NCBI RefSeq assembly: GCF_044704955.1
Contig: NC_091981.1
Coordinates: forward strand, 226,238,001 to 226,302,000
DNA from: Pristiophorus japonicus
Lineage: Eukaryota
Direction of reading: 5' to 3'
Length of the DNA: 64,000 nucleotides
The position numbers were made by a program, and so were the translations under genes. The notes under the pieces were generated by a model. That model saw nothing but the letters and a program-made list of their open reading frames with translations. It searched no databases and was not told the DNA's origin. Shown here piece by piece: positions 11,361-24,200 of the stretch (positions are counted from its first letter, which is position 1; every line of letters begins with the position of its first letter).

Positions 11361-13374
11361 GCCGTCAGCAGCGATTTTCCTCCCAGGAATTTGACTTGCG
11401 GTGCCATGAAGACTCACTTCGAACGTTTCAGTCTGAGTCCCACTTTGTCCAGACAATGTAGAACCTCTTCCAGATTGTTCAGATGTTCGGCAGTGTCACG
11501 ACCTGTAACCAGGATGTCATCTTGGAACACAACGGTTCTAGGGATGGACTTCAGTAGACTCTCCATGTTCCTCTGAAATATGGCTGCAGCCAAGCGAATT
11601 CCGAAAGGACACCTGTTGTAGATAAACAGTCCTTTGAGTGTTGATGCATATAAGTTTCATTGACGTCTCAACCAGCTCCTGTGCCATGTAGGCTGACGTC
11701 GGATCCAGTTTAGTGAATGACTTCCCCGCCCCACCCCTGGCTAGGGTTGCAAACAGGTCATCAGCCTTCGGTAAATGGTATTGATCCTGTTTCGAAACTC
11801 GGTTGATCGTAACCTTGTAGTCTCCACAAATCCTGACAGTGCCTTCACTCTTCAACACAGGAACAATGGGGCTGGCCCATTCGTTAAATTCGACCAGTGA
11901 TATGACCCCTTCACACTGGAGTCTGTCCAATTCGATTTCGACCTTCTCCCTCATCGTGTATGCAACCGCCCGAGCTTTATGATTGGCGGGTCTTGCATCC
12001 GAGTCCATGTGGATCTGCAGCTTGTCTCCCGTGAAATTGCTGATGCCTGGTTCAAACAGCGAGAGGAACTTGCTCAGCACTTGAGCAAATGGAGTATCAC
12101 CCTCTGATGACAACGCTTTGATATCGTTCCAATTCCATTTGATTTTTTTCTAGCCAATTCCTGCCGAACAGCGTTGGACCATTGCTTGAAACAATCCATA
12201 ACGGTAAATCATGAACCGCACCATCATACGACACCTTGACTACTGCACTGCCAATCACCGTTATGAGTTCTTTGGTGTACGTACGCAACTTGGCATTGAC
12301 TGGACTCGGCTTAGGCCTCACCGCCTTCGTATCCCACAGCTTGTCGAATGTCCTCTGGCTCATTATTGATTGATCGCACCCGTGATCAATTCCATCGGTA
12401 ACGGCACACTGTTAAGTTATCATTAATCATTATCAGTTGGCTCTTTGTTAGAAATGAATAGAGTCCATACACTTCCTTCTCTGGTATCTCGGATTGCATA
12501 TCCGGATTCGCGTTATACTGGTCATCATCCTCCATGTGGTGTGTCGCAGCACGCTTGCTCAGTTGCAGACACATGTGCTGGAGATGCCCCAGTCTCGAAC
12601 AACCTTTAAAATGTACTGTTTAAACCGACACTGATGAGGCCGATGATTGCCCCCACAATGCCAACACGGTGAAATCGGATTAATTCCCGTTGACGGACTT
12701 TGGGCGGCCACAGGTTTTGTATACACAGTCGAATAGGCCCTGCCATATGCAGCCCTGCCAAATGATGATACAATCTTGTTTACAGTACTTGTCGAGTTTT
12801 GATTTTTTGATGATATCTGCTTTAAGTTTTTGTCCGTTATCATGCATGCCTGGGCAATCGTGATGGTCTTGCTCAAATCCAGCATCTCCGCCGCCCGTAG
12901 CTTACACAGGATCACCTCGAGGTTGATGCTGCTTACAAAGAAGTCCTGCAGCATGTCTCCCAATGCATTTTCGAACTTACATAGTTCAGCTAGACGTCTT
13001 GGGTCGGCAAAGAATTCTGACACATCCTGGCCCTCAGAACGAACGTGCTTGTAGAATCGATATCGTGAGATGATGATGCTGCCTTCTGGTTTGAGATGGT
13101 CACGTACCAGAGCACACAATTCCTCATAGTCCTTGTCCGTTGAACTTGCAGGCGAGAGAAGATTCTTTGAGTCCATAGATTTTCGGACCACAAACCGTGA
13201 GGAAGACCACCTACACCTAACTGCGTCAGTGGGTTCCTCCATTTTGTTGGCCACGAATTACTGGTCCAGGCAAGCTACAAAATCTACCCAGTCCTCTCCC
13301 TCTATGAATCTCTCCAGAATTCCAATTGTGCTCATTTTTGCATGCGAACGTTCTTAAGTTACTTCGTCGCCAAA

Positions 13375-13579
13375 TGTTATGTATGTAATAACTCGATAAA
13401 CTGAATACTGTAAACTAACACAGGTACAAACTTGGCTCTGCTTTATTAGGGCCCAAAGTGATTACAATACATGATGGCTTGCCTTTTATACCTGAGCCGC
13501 GCACACGTGCGTACAGCCCAATGACCTCCAACAGTGGTGCCACCTGGTGGCTAGTAACCCCAAGCATACATACATGACA
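13375..13579 (-). repeat. 5' LTR of Gypsy B (205 bp)
   Basis: TGTTATGTATG...CATGACA, adjacent to the PBS and the TSD. Confidence 0.95.
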
Positions 13580-13706
13580 GTGACAATATGCAGTGTTTAC
13601 TTAAAATTATTAGGCTTTCTTGACTTAGAGTTATAGCTTCACCTTGTCAGCAGTTTAAAACATCGTACACCACGTGGTATAATGGTCCTTATAAACACTG
13701 TATCCT

Positions 13707-14954
13707 ACATAAGAACATAAGAACAGGAGTAGGCCATATGGCCCCTCGAGCCTGCTCCGCCATTCAATAAGATCATGGCTTATCTGATCATGGACTCAGC
13801 TCCACTTTCCTGCCCGCTCCCCATAACCCCTTATCCCCTTATCGTTTGAATAAATTTAAGACAAAAATAGACAGTTTTTTAATGTCCCAGCTTCCACAGC
13901 TCTCTGAGGCAGCGAATTCCACAGATTTACAACCCTCTGAGAGAAGACATTTCTCCTCCTCTCTGTTTTAAATGGGCGGCCCCTTATTCTAAGATCATGC
14001 CCTCTAGTTCTAGTCTCCCCCATTAGTGGAAACATCCTCTCTGCAGCCACCTTGTCTCAAGCCCCCTCATAATCTTACACATTTCGATAAGATCACCTCT
14101 CATTCTTCTGAATTCCAATGAGTAAAGGCCCAACCTACTCAAACTTTCCTCATAAGTCAACCCCCTCATCCCTGGAATCAACCTAGTGAGCCTTCTCAGA
14201 ACTGCCTCCAAAGCAAGTATATCCTTTCATAAATATGGAAACGAAAACTGCATGCAGTATTCCAGGTGTGGCATCACCGATACCTTTTATATAGCTGTAA
14301 CAAGTCTTCCCTGCTTTTATACTCCATCCTCTTTGCAATAAAGGCCAAGATACCATTGGCCTTCCTGATTAATTGGTATATCTGCATACTATCCTTTTGT
14401 GTTTTATGCACAAGTGCCCCCAGGTCCCACTGTACTGCGGCACTTTGCAATCTTTCTCCATTTAAATAATAACTTGTTCTTTGACTTTTTTTTCTGCCAA
14501 AGTGCATGACCTCACACTTTCCAACATTACATTCCATCTGCCAAATTTTTGCCCACTCACTTAGCCTGTCTATGTCCTTTTGCAGATTTTTTGTGTCCTC
14601 CTCACACATTGCTTTTCCTCCCATCTTTGTATCGTCAGCAACGTTGGCTACGTTACACTCAGTCCCTTCTTCCAAGTCGTTAATATAGATTGTAAATAGT
14701 TGGGGTCCCATCACTGATCCCTGCGGCACCCCACTAGTTACTGATTGCCAACCAGAGAATGTACCATTTATCCCGACTCTCTGTTTCCTGTTAGTTAGCC
14801 AATCCTCTATCCATGCTAATATATTATCCCCAAACCTGTGAACTTTTATCTTGTGCAGTAACCTTTTATGTGGCACCTTGTCAAATGACTTCTGGAAGTC
14901 CAAATACAACACATTCACTGGTTCCCCTTTATCCACCCTGTTTGTTACATCCTC
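13707..14954 (-). mobile_element. 5'-truncated CR1 LINE
   Basis: ORF 14274-14936 (YLDFQKSFDKVPH, GVPQGSVMGP, VADDTK); tail complement (CATAAGAA)n at 13707. Confidence 0.95.
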
Positions 14955-15228
14955 TGACCTATCTGAGCAATCCTATGGTAGATCTTGTACTTGTAATAAC
15001 ATGTTAGCATACATTATTTGTCCATCTCTCTTCAAGGGTTGCATGGACATTTCTAAAGTTTTTTTAAAGTATTAAGTCAGTTGAAATGTAGAAAATAAAA
15101 CTCTCACCAATTGAAAATACCTTTAGTAACACAGAAGCCAGAATGCCTGTAACCTATGACTGACCTTAACAATCACAGAATAACGCAGGATTCTGACTTG
15201 CCAAAAAAGCATTCAAATGCTAATTTTG

Positions 15229-15332
15229 TCCACATTACAAAAGTGACTACATGTCAGAAGTACCTCATTTGGCTGTGAAACATTGTGGGGTGTTCTGAGG
15301 ATGCAGCAGGTGCTATATAAGTACAAGTTCTT
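15229..15332 (+). mobile_element. DeuSINE/SacSINE-like SINE 3' fragment with an L2-type tail
   Basis: CATTACAAAAGTGACTACA..AAGTAC..TTGGCTGTGAAA..GGTGCTATATAAGTACAAG is the reverse complement of the motif at 55445-55545. Confidence 0.6.
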
Positions 15333-15401
15333 GTTTCCTTCTTGGTTTCATCCTCTGTTTGCTTTACAACAATTAGACTGTAACCTTTGCAGCAGGATAA
15401 T

Positions 15402-16916
15402 GGGCCCAAGTTTCCACAAGAAAAAAAACGGGTGCCCCTCCGAGCTGGGCGCCCGTTTTTCGCGCCTAAAACGGCGCCTAAAAAAATCCTCAGTATTCTC
15501 CACCTCCCTGCAGGTCCTCTGGCCCTCGGCGCAGCCGGCACGAGCTGTGGGGGGGAGGAGCCAGGTCCCGGTGCTGAAAACAGTGCCGGGACCTCTGCAC
15601 ATGCGCGCTACAGTCGGCATGCAAGTGCAGTAGCTCCAGGCGCCGAACTGTGTGGGAGGGGCCCGAAGCACGCAGCCCCTAGCCCTGGCTGAATGGCCTC
15701 ACTGGGGCTGCGTGAATAAGGCTCCTCCCACGGCCAGCTCCTGCTCTCCCCCCCCCCCCCCCCCCCGACCCAACCCGAGACCCGCTCCTCCCCCCCCCCC
15801 CGCCCCGACCCGACACCGACACCCGCTCTTCCCCCCCCCCCCCCGACTGACCTGACCCACNNNNNNNNNNNNNNNNNNNNNNNNNNNNNNNNNNNNNNNN
15901 NNNNNNNNNNNNNNNNNNNNNNNNNNNNNNNNNNNNNNNNNNNNNNNNNNNNNNNNNNNNNNNNNNNNNNNNNNNNNNNNNNNNNNNNNNNNNNNNNNNN
16001 NNNNNNNNNNNNNNNNNNNNNNNNNNNNNNNNNNNNNNNNNNNNNNNNNNNNNNNNNNNNNNNNNNNNNNNNNNNNNNNNNNNNNNNNNNNNNNNNNNNN
16101 NNNNNNNNNNNNNNNNNNNNNNNNNNNNNNNNNNNNNNNNNNNNNNNNNNNNNNNNNNNNNNNNNNNNNNNNNNNNNNNNNNNNNNNNNNNNNNNNNNNN
16201 NNNNNNNNNNNNNNNNNNNNNNNNNNNNNNNNNNNNNNNNNNNNNNNNNNNNNNNNNNNNNNNNNNNNNNNNNNNNNNNNNNNNNNNNNNNNNNNNNNNN
16301 NNNNNNNNNNNNNNNNNNNNNNNNNNNNNNNNNNNNNNNNNNNNNNNNNNNNNNNNNNNNNNNNNNNNNNNNNNNNNNNNNNNNNNNNNNNNNNNNNNNN
16401 NNNNNNNNNNNNNNNNNNNNNNNNNNNACGGCTGCAGAATTCTCCCTGGCTGAAGCACTTTCACACAGGTAGGAAGATGGTTTATTTAATCTTTTCTTGG
16501 CTTATAAATGTTTATTCAGGTTGGATTTATTTGTATAATATTTGTAGAAGTATAAATAAGGATTTATTGTCGAATTTAATGAGTTCCCTTCCCCCCCACC
16601 TCATTCTGGACGCCTAATTTGTAACCTGCGCCTGATTTTTTAATGTGTAGAACAGGTTTTTTCAGGTCTACAAAAATCTTCACTGGCTCCATTCTACTTT
16701 AGTTTGGAGTACATTTTCACTGTGGAAACTTTCAAATCAGGCGTCAGTGGCCGGACACGCCCTCTTTTGAAGAAAAAATTCTGTTCTAAACTAGAACTGT
16801 TCTACCTGACTAGAACAGCAGAAAAAAAAATGTGGAGAATTGCGATTTCTAAAATAGTCCGTTCTCCACCAGTTGCTCCTAAAAATCAGGCGCGAATCAT
16901 GTGGAAACTTGGGCCC
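15402..16916. mobile_element. Non-autonomous TIR DNA transposon, PIF/Harbinger-like (spans a gap)
   Basis: Perfect 17-bp TIR GGGCCCAAGTTTCCACA (15402-15418 and 16900-16916); 3-bp TSD AAT (15399-15401 and 16917-16919); GC/CpG-rich interior; no transposase visible. Confidence 0.85.
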
Positions 16917-18026
16917 AATAAGTTGTGCATTATATGATATAACAATGCTGTCAAGGTATAAAACAGTAAATGATTTACCATAAGCAACACCACAGATTTG
17001 CTGTTTTAATATTTTAAAAATCTTATGTCTGTTTGGTGTATGTCACACTTTGATACAGATATGTAACAATACTTTTTTTAACCTAAAAAGAAAACAGTCA
17101 CTGACCTGGAGCCTGAAATTTACCAGCAATTAGGAAATCTCAGCAATATCTAAGTAGCTACAAATACCTAGAATTGTTTACTGAGACAAGTGGTCTTAAA
17201 TAGGATAAGCCAAGTTAGCAATTACAGAATAACAACAATGCTCTTGACTATCCATAGGTAATACAGGGTACTAGGGAAGATCTGCTTGTATCTGTAACTA
17301 TTTAACTGTCGATGAAGCTTGGAAGTTATTTGCACAGTTGTCTGTTTAGCACTTGTAATCGTTTACTTGGCTGTTTCACTTGGATTAAGAAGTAAAGAAA
17401 TTTAAGTTTAAAAGTTAACAGAAGGAGATGTGCAGAAACTGGGTTATGTCAATCATTCACTGTCCTTCTTTGAGGTAGAATCTACATTTTATGGGTGTAG
17501 CTAGAAATTGCCTTGAGGAAAACCAGTTCCAAAGTCTATTCTGCTGTAGATGGCTACTAGGATCCCAGTCGGCCTTGATATGTTGATACTTTTTAATTGC
17601 AAAATCATTAGTGTTGATCTCGCCAGAAGTACGTCTTGATAATTATCAATATAGTCAACAATCCATTTTATCGGGCTGATAGTCAACTTGTCACATTGAT
17701 AGCTGGAGTTAGGCTTCTGAGGTCCCTGTTACTTTGAAGGCTGATTGATGGACAACTCAGTTACCTGAAGATACTGATTCTGAAGCATAAATGGAACAGC
17801 CTTTCCCAGTTCATCCATTGTGAAGGTGGTGTGTTAGATAAAACCTTGCACACACATTTTAGATTACAGGTGCTGATTTAGTATTATGAAGAGAGTTAGC
17901 AAAGTATCATTTTTAAATATATTTTGTATTTGAAGGGACGAATTAGAAATTCTGTAAGCAAGTGAAATCTGCCACCTTAAATATTTGCTGCTTTTAATCT
18001 TTGCTTTTAATAAACTTGATTTCATA

Positions 18027-18165
18027 GAGGCCAGTTTTTACTTTCAGCGGGGTTGGAAAAACTAGTGGTAGTGGATAAGCTGCCCGATTATGCACCCGCC
18101 TGTATTTCCTTTCCTTTGAGGTCTACTGCTAGTGTTCCCCCTCCCACTGAAAGTGAAAATCTCCC
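18027..18165. mobile_element. Short MITE-like element
   Basis: TTTTTACTTTCAGCGGGG ... CCCACTGAAAGTGAAAA inverted ends; interior similar to 19053-19142. Confidence 0.55.
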
Positions 18166-19052
18166 ACACCGTAGTTTATGGTCCAAGCATCACAGTCTGG
18201 TAGAATATTTATTCTTCCATTATCCAAATATTAGAAGAACTTGAGAGTGCTCATGTCACTTGGTAAGATATTACAATATCAAGACCTCCTTGCAGTTTTG
18301 CGTTGCCAGATAAAGTTGCACTCTGGTTCGTAGGGACTGAAGGCTTGCTTTTGGTGTCAGGCACTAGAAGTATCTATTTTAAAGTCTAAACACATAACAC
18401 TAGTAGCTGTCTTCCTCCTTCACTTTCAGAACCCTGTGGCTCTAATAGATATCCCACTTAATAATTAATAAACATTTTCAAATAGACTAAATTTATAAAT
18501 GTTATAAATAAAGCCACAATTTCTCTGTGTGCATCTAGCATAGTGAAAGCAGTATTGTTCAATAATTTCCTTTTTATTTTGTGTCCGTATAGCAGGACTC
18601 TTCTGAATGTGACAGATAGGTAATCACATCCTTGAGAAAAGGAAAGTTCAACGGTTGCTGCTGATGTGCTTGATCCAGCATGAATATAAAGAAAATCAGT
18701 GCAAATTAACTAATTCTAGCAAGTGACTGTATCATGGGCATGCTTCATTGAATGTTTCCTTTGGTACTTTCAAAACCTAGTCATCCTACAAACCTAGAAA
18801 CTCACTTAATAGGGTATAAATATTAAAACCATTTATATGCATTTTCTGTTTTTAAAAATTGCTTATTATTAGTCTATCTTCTTCTTTCCAATACAATCAT
18901 TTAGATGCCAGACTGATAAATGATTGCCCCCATCACTGACTATGGATTTATTGGTTAATGAATCATTCAACTGTCATTTTGGTAAAATACAGTTGCGCGG
19001 CAACTAAGTTAGAAGGGCATTCTTTATATCGCAAAATGTCATGCAACTCTTA

Positions 19053-19265
19053 GGGAAGTCATTTTAACTTTCAGCAGGGGCACAAAATTGGTGGTAATGG
19101 ATCAGCTGCCCGTTACACAGCCGCCTGATTTTCCTTTCCATTGGGACGATTTTCTCTTCTGGGGAGGGTGGAAAACTGGCAGGAGTGGATTGGGTGGGTT
19201 ATACAACAGGCAGCCAATCCGATTCTGCCAGTTTTCCACCGCCACCAAAAGTGAAAATCTGTCCC
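19053..19265. mobile_element. MITE-like element of the same family: half copy plus a fold-back unit (19143-19265)
   Basis: GGGACGATTTTC...GGTGGAAAACTGGCAG pairs with CTGCCAGTTTTCCACC...GAAAATCTGTCCC. Confidence 0.6.
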
Positions 19266-20212
19266 TTGCATAGTCACTTAGATCATTGAATCATCAGGTT
19301 CTATTGTTTAGTTTTCAAAATATTGCTGAGCATTTCTGAAGAGTGCACCTAGTGAAATTGTGAATCCCATCACATGAAATTGATTAGGAAGAACAAAATA
19401 GTTTTGCAAACAGTGTGACAAAATGTCATGCAAATATTAAAATTGATCTGAATAGATAATTTAACCAGTTAAATTTCTCACATGGAGCACAATCATTCCA
19501 ACTGAGTATTTTCATAATGTAAAATGTTAATATTCTGTTCATGTGAAATTAAACAAACATACATAATTGAATTGACTAGGGTACAGAAGTGCACAGATCA
19601 TCAAGAGATTTTAATTCAGCCTCCTTGCCTTATTGGGCTCAGTAACTTCACCAGGTCAGTTCCCCAGATTAGCTACATATAGTTAAATAGAGAGCCATTG
19701 AAGATTAGTGACATGAAAATTTATTGGTTGAGGTGGAGCAATGGAGAGCAATATAACTGTCTTCATGACCCTGTAGCTGCTGAAATTGTTAGTGTAGTGC
19801 CACCGGGGGTGTTGATTTACAGATTGTGTTTTATTACCTCATCCCTCTCCCCGATTAGTCTACTATAGCTCAAGGAAAGTATTCAATGAAAGTGCAGTTT
19901 GCTTCATAGATGATAGTGCCTGGATGTTGTGCTGGTAAGAATGCAATCACCACCTTGAAATAGTCTTCTTTACCCCACTGAAGTAAAGGTCAGCACAGAA
20001 ACATGGGCACGTAATTGCACTATTAGAATGGGCTTGAGAAAAGCATTGTCCGGTCGGTACAGGCCTGGAAGATGCATTTTAATGTCAATGAGGGACAACA
20101 TCAATGAGGAATAGGAAGGGTCCAAGGGTGGTATGTTATGGCAGCCATGTGTAACTTTGCAAGCACACAAAACGCCGTTCCCGGTAATATGCTGACTAAA
20201 TTAAACAGGTAA

Positions 20213-20350
20213 AGAAATTAATTTGTATTTATATAGCACCTTTCACATCCTCGCGATGTATCAAAGCCAATGGGTTACATTTGACACAAAACCGGTTTGT
20301 AGGCAAACACAGCAGCCAATTTGCAGACAGGTCTTACAAACAGCAATAAG
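20213..20350 (-). mobile_element. DeuSINE-like SINE 3' fragment
   Basis: TTGTATTTATATAGCACCTTTCAC...GCAGCCAATTTGCA...CAAACAGCAA. Confidence 0.55.
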
Positions 20351-20359
20351 ACAAAAAAT

Positions 20360-20820
20360 AGCACCAGATTCATGAGCGCGCAGCGCCAAGGAGGTGAATC
20401 ATGGACGAGAGACATTGGAGGAGCATGGTGTGGTTGATCACGTTGAAGGCAACAGAAATGTCAAGGAGGATGAAGAAGAATAAAGCATCCCAATCATGTT
20501 GAATGTTATTGGTGACTGATCATGGGGGTCTCAATGCGGTGAGTAGGATTCAAGTAAGGGATGGTGAGGGGGATAAGCACAGAGTTGAATGACAACACAT
20601 CAAAGTTTTACAGAGTAAAGGGATGTTGAAGATGGGGCAGTAGTTTGAGCAGTTAGGGTAGGTTTTTTAAGAAGTAGGGTAAATGTAGTTTGGAAAGGGA
20701 AAGGAAACATTTCCTGAGGAGAGGGAGCAGCTGAAGATGCGTATGAGCATTGGGCTGAGGAGGGGTAGCTGAATAGTCAGGAGCTGAGTCAAGGTCAAGG
20801 AAACTGGAAGTGGAAGAGAT
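20360..20820 (-). mobile_element. Old L2-like LINE fragment (probably continues at ~29805-30340)
   Basis: Purine-rich decayed RT-like sequence (GTGGTTGATCACGTTGAAGGCA resembles the antisense of the AFD.VDH motif). Confidence 0.4.
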
Positions 20821-20822
20821 TC

Positions 20823-21286
20823 GGTGCAGAAATTGCGGGCCGAGGCTTCCTGCTGGTGGATGCCTCTGATCTGAAAAATATCTATGAACTTGCCTGGTGG
20901 TTCGAGACTTGCAGTCCTGGGCCTCTGTGTAGAGGCCCACGTAGGTGCTCACATGGGCCGACCCAACCAATCTAAATAGGGGTATCCCCATTCATATTTG
21001 TGCTGAGTTCACAGAATTAGTAAGTATGAATGGGAATACTCTTTAAAAAAAAATACACACACTTAAAATATTTTTTCTTAAAACATAATATATTTAACAT
21101 TAATCAAAATGGAATGTAATTAATTATGTAAAACAAAAATTTTATTTTTGAAAAATAAATTTACATATCTTAAAGGGTTAAAAATAACCTTACCTTATTT
21201 CACCGGTTTTTAACTGTTTAAATTATTTTAAAAATTTATTTTTCTGCACTTTCAAAAGTCTTCCGCTGATAAAAGCAGGTCCGTAT
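20823..21286. mobile_element. Left part of a probable non-autonomous DNA element split by CR1-A
   Basis: GC-rich start followed by an AT-rich tract; ends in GTAT, which recurs at 29184-29187 on the far side of CR1-A. Confidence 0.4.
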
Positions 21287-24200
21287 AGAAACATAGAAAA
21301 TAGGTATAGGAGTAGGCCATTCGAGCCTGCACCGACATTCAATAAGATCATGGCTGAACATTCACCTCAGTACCCCATTCCTGCTTTCTCTCCATACCCC
21401 TTGATCCCTTTAGCCATAAGGGCCATATCTAACTCCCTCTTGAATATATCCAATGAACTGAAATCAACAACTCTCTGCGGTAGGGAATTCCACAGGTTAA
21501 CAACTCTCTGAGTGAAAATGTTTCTCTTCATCTCAGTCCTAAATGGCTTACCCCTTATCCTTAGACTATGTCCACTAGTTCTGGACTTCCCCAACATCGG
21601 GAACATTCTTCCTGCATCTAACCTATCCAGTCACGTCATAATTTTATATATTTCTATGAGATCCCCTCTCATCCTTCTAAACTCCACTGAATATAGGCCC
21701 AGTCGATCCAGTCTTTCCTCATATGTCAGTCCTGCCATCCCGGGAATCAGTCTAGTGAACCTTCACTGCACTCCCTCAATAGCAAGAACGTCCTTCCTCA
21801 TATTTGGAGACCAAAACTGAACGCAATATTCCAGGTGCTGCCTCACTAAGGACCTGTACAACTGCAGTAAGACCTCCCTGCTCCTATACTCAAGTCCCCT
21901 AGCTATGAAGGCCAACATACCATTTGCCGCCTTCACCGCCTGCTGTACCTGCATGCCAACTTTCAATGACTGATGTACTATGACACCCAGGTCTCGCTGC
22001 ACCTCCCCTTTTTCTAATCTGTCGCCATTCAGCTGTTCGACTGGTAAGTATAACTCTCTTTTAGACTGACTTTTAGATTGGTTTAATTAGCAGCAAACTA
22101 CTACTGTTTGGTGTTTAAGTAAATTTTAGTAAGTAAATTAATTTAAGGCTTAAGTCATGGCAGGAGAGCTCAGACCCGTGTCATGCTCCTCCTGTGCTAT
22201 GTGTCCCTGACTACTATGTGTGCAGGAAGTGTGTCCAGCTGCAGCTCCTGACAGACCGCATGACGGCACTGGAGCTGTGGATGGACTCACTCTGGAGCAT
22301 GTGCGATGCTGAGAATGTTGTGGATAGCACATTTAGTGAGTTGGTCACACCGCAGGTAAGTGTTAGGACAGATAGTGAATGGGTGACCAAGAGACAAGGG
22401 AAGAGCAGGAAAGTAGTACAGGAGTCCCCTGCGGTCATCTCCCTCCAAAGCAGATATACTGTTTTGGATACTGTTGGGAGAGATGACTTACCAGGGGAAG
22501 GTACCAGCAGCCAGGTTCATGGCACCATGGGTGGCTCTGCTGCACAGAAGGGCGGGAAAAAGAGTGGGAGAGCTATAATGATAGGGGACTCTATTGTAAG
22601 GGGAATAGATAGGAGTTTCTGCGGCCGCAACCGAGACTCTAGGATGGTATGTTGCCTCCCTGGTGCAAGGGTCAAGGATGTCTCGGAGCGGCTGCAGAGC
22701 ATTCTAGAGAGGGAGGGTGAACAGCCAGTTGTTGTGGTACATGTAGAGACCAACGATATAGGTAAGAAGCGGGAAGAGGTCCTACAAGCTGAATTTAGGG
22801 AGCTAGGAGTTAAATTTAAAAAGTAGGACCTCAAAAGTAGTAATCTCTGGATTGCTACGAGTGCCACGTGCTAATCAGAGTAGAGGGAGCAGGATCGTTA
22901 GAATAAATACATGGCTTGAGTAGTGGTGCAAGAGGGAGAGATCCAAATTCCTGGGATATTGGAACCAGTTCTGGGGGAAGTGGGACCTATACAAAAGGGA
23001 CTGTCTGCACTTGGGCAGGACTGGAACTGATGACCTTGGGGTAACATTTGCTAATGCAGTTCGGGAGTCTTCAAACTAATGTGGCAGAGTGATGGGATCC
23101 TATGCAGCGAGACAGGGCGAAGTAATATGGAGTCAGGAACAGATGGTAGAAAGGTAAAAAGCAACAGTGGAAGGCCGAGTAAACAAAGGCAAGAAAGAAA
23201 AAGGGCCACACTACATCATAATTCTAAAAGGACAAAGAGTGTTAAAAAAACAAGCCTGAAGGCTTTGTGTCTTAATCCGTAATAAGGTGGATGAATTAAC
23301 TGTGCAAATAGATGTTAACAGATATGATGTGATTGGGATTACAGAGACGTGGCTCCAGGATGATCAGGGCTGGGAACTCAACATCCAAGGGTATTCAACA
23401 TTCAGGAAGGATAGAATAAAAGGAAAAGGAGGTGGGATAGCATTGCTGGTTAAAGAGGAGATGAATGCAATAGTTAGGAAGGACATTAGCTTGGATGATG
23501 TGGAATCTATATGGGTAGAGCTGCAGAACACCAAAGGGCAAAAAACGTTAGTGGGAGTTGTGTACAGACCTCCAAACGGTAGTAGTGATGTTGGGGAGGG
23601 CATCAAACAGGAAATTAGGGGTGCATGCAATAAAGGTGCAGCAGTTATCATGGGTGACTTTAAAATACATTTGGATTGGGCTAACCAAACTGGTAGCAAT
23701 ACAGTGGAGGAGGATTTCCTGGAGTGCATAAGGGATGGTTTTCTCGACCAATATGTCGAGGAACCAACTAGGGGGGAGGCCATCTTAGACTAGGTTTTGT
23801 GTAATGAGAGAGGATTAATTAGCAATCTCGTGCGAGGCCCCTTGGGGAAGAGTGACCATAATATGGTGGAATTCTACATTAGAATGAAGAATGAAACAGT
23901 TAATTCAGAGACCCCATGGTCCAGAACTTAAAGAAGGGTAACTTTGAAGGTATGAGGCGTGAATTGGCTAGGATAGATTGGTGAATGATACTTAAGGGGT
24001 TGACAGTGGATGGGCAATGGCAGACATTTAGAGACCGCATGGATGAACTACAACAATTGTACATCCCTGTCTGGCGTAAAAATCAAAAAGGGAAGGTGGC
24101 TCAACCGTGGCTATCAAGGGAAATCAGGGATAGTATTAAAGCCAAGGAAGTGGCATACAAATTGGCCAGAAATAGCAGCGAACCCGGGGACTGGGAGAAA

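Larger units (their letters stand above)
7279..13579 (-). mobile_element. Ty3/Gypsy LTR retrotransposon B, full-length but decayed, with a nested CR1
   Basis: LTRs 13375-13579 (5') and 7279-7489 (3'); TSD GTGAC at 7274-7278 and 13580-13584; PBS TGGCGACGA(A)G adjacent to the 5' LTR (tRNA-Ser-like); PPT complement ATATCCCCCTTTAAG at 7490. Gag CWHCGGNHRPHQC, RT VRICGDYK, RNase H DASSYGVG and integrase IHIDFAGP/HGLPDIIVSD. Confidence 0.97.

Noticed and set aside
461-13579. Domesticated or active Gypsy gag/pol genes
   Set aside because: Both elements have many stops and frameshifts; A lacks the integrase core and B is interrupted by a CR1.
15402-15860. CpG island as a PTER promoter
   Set aside because: It lies wholly inside a TIR/TSD-bounded transposon.
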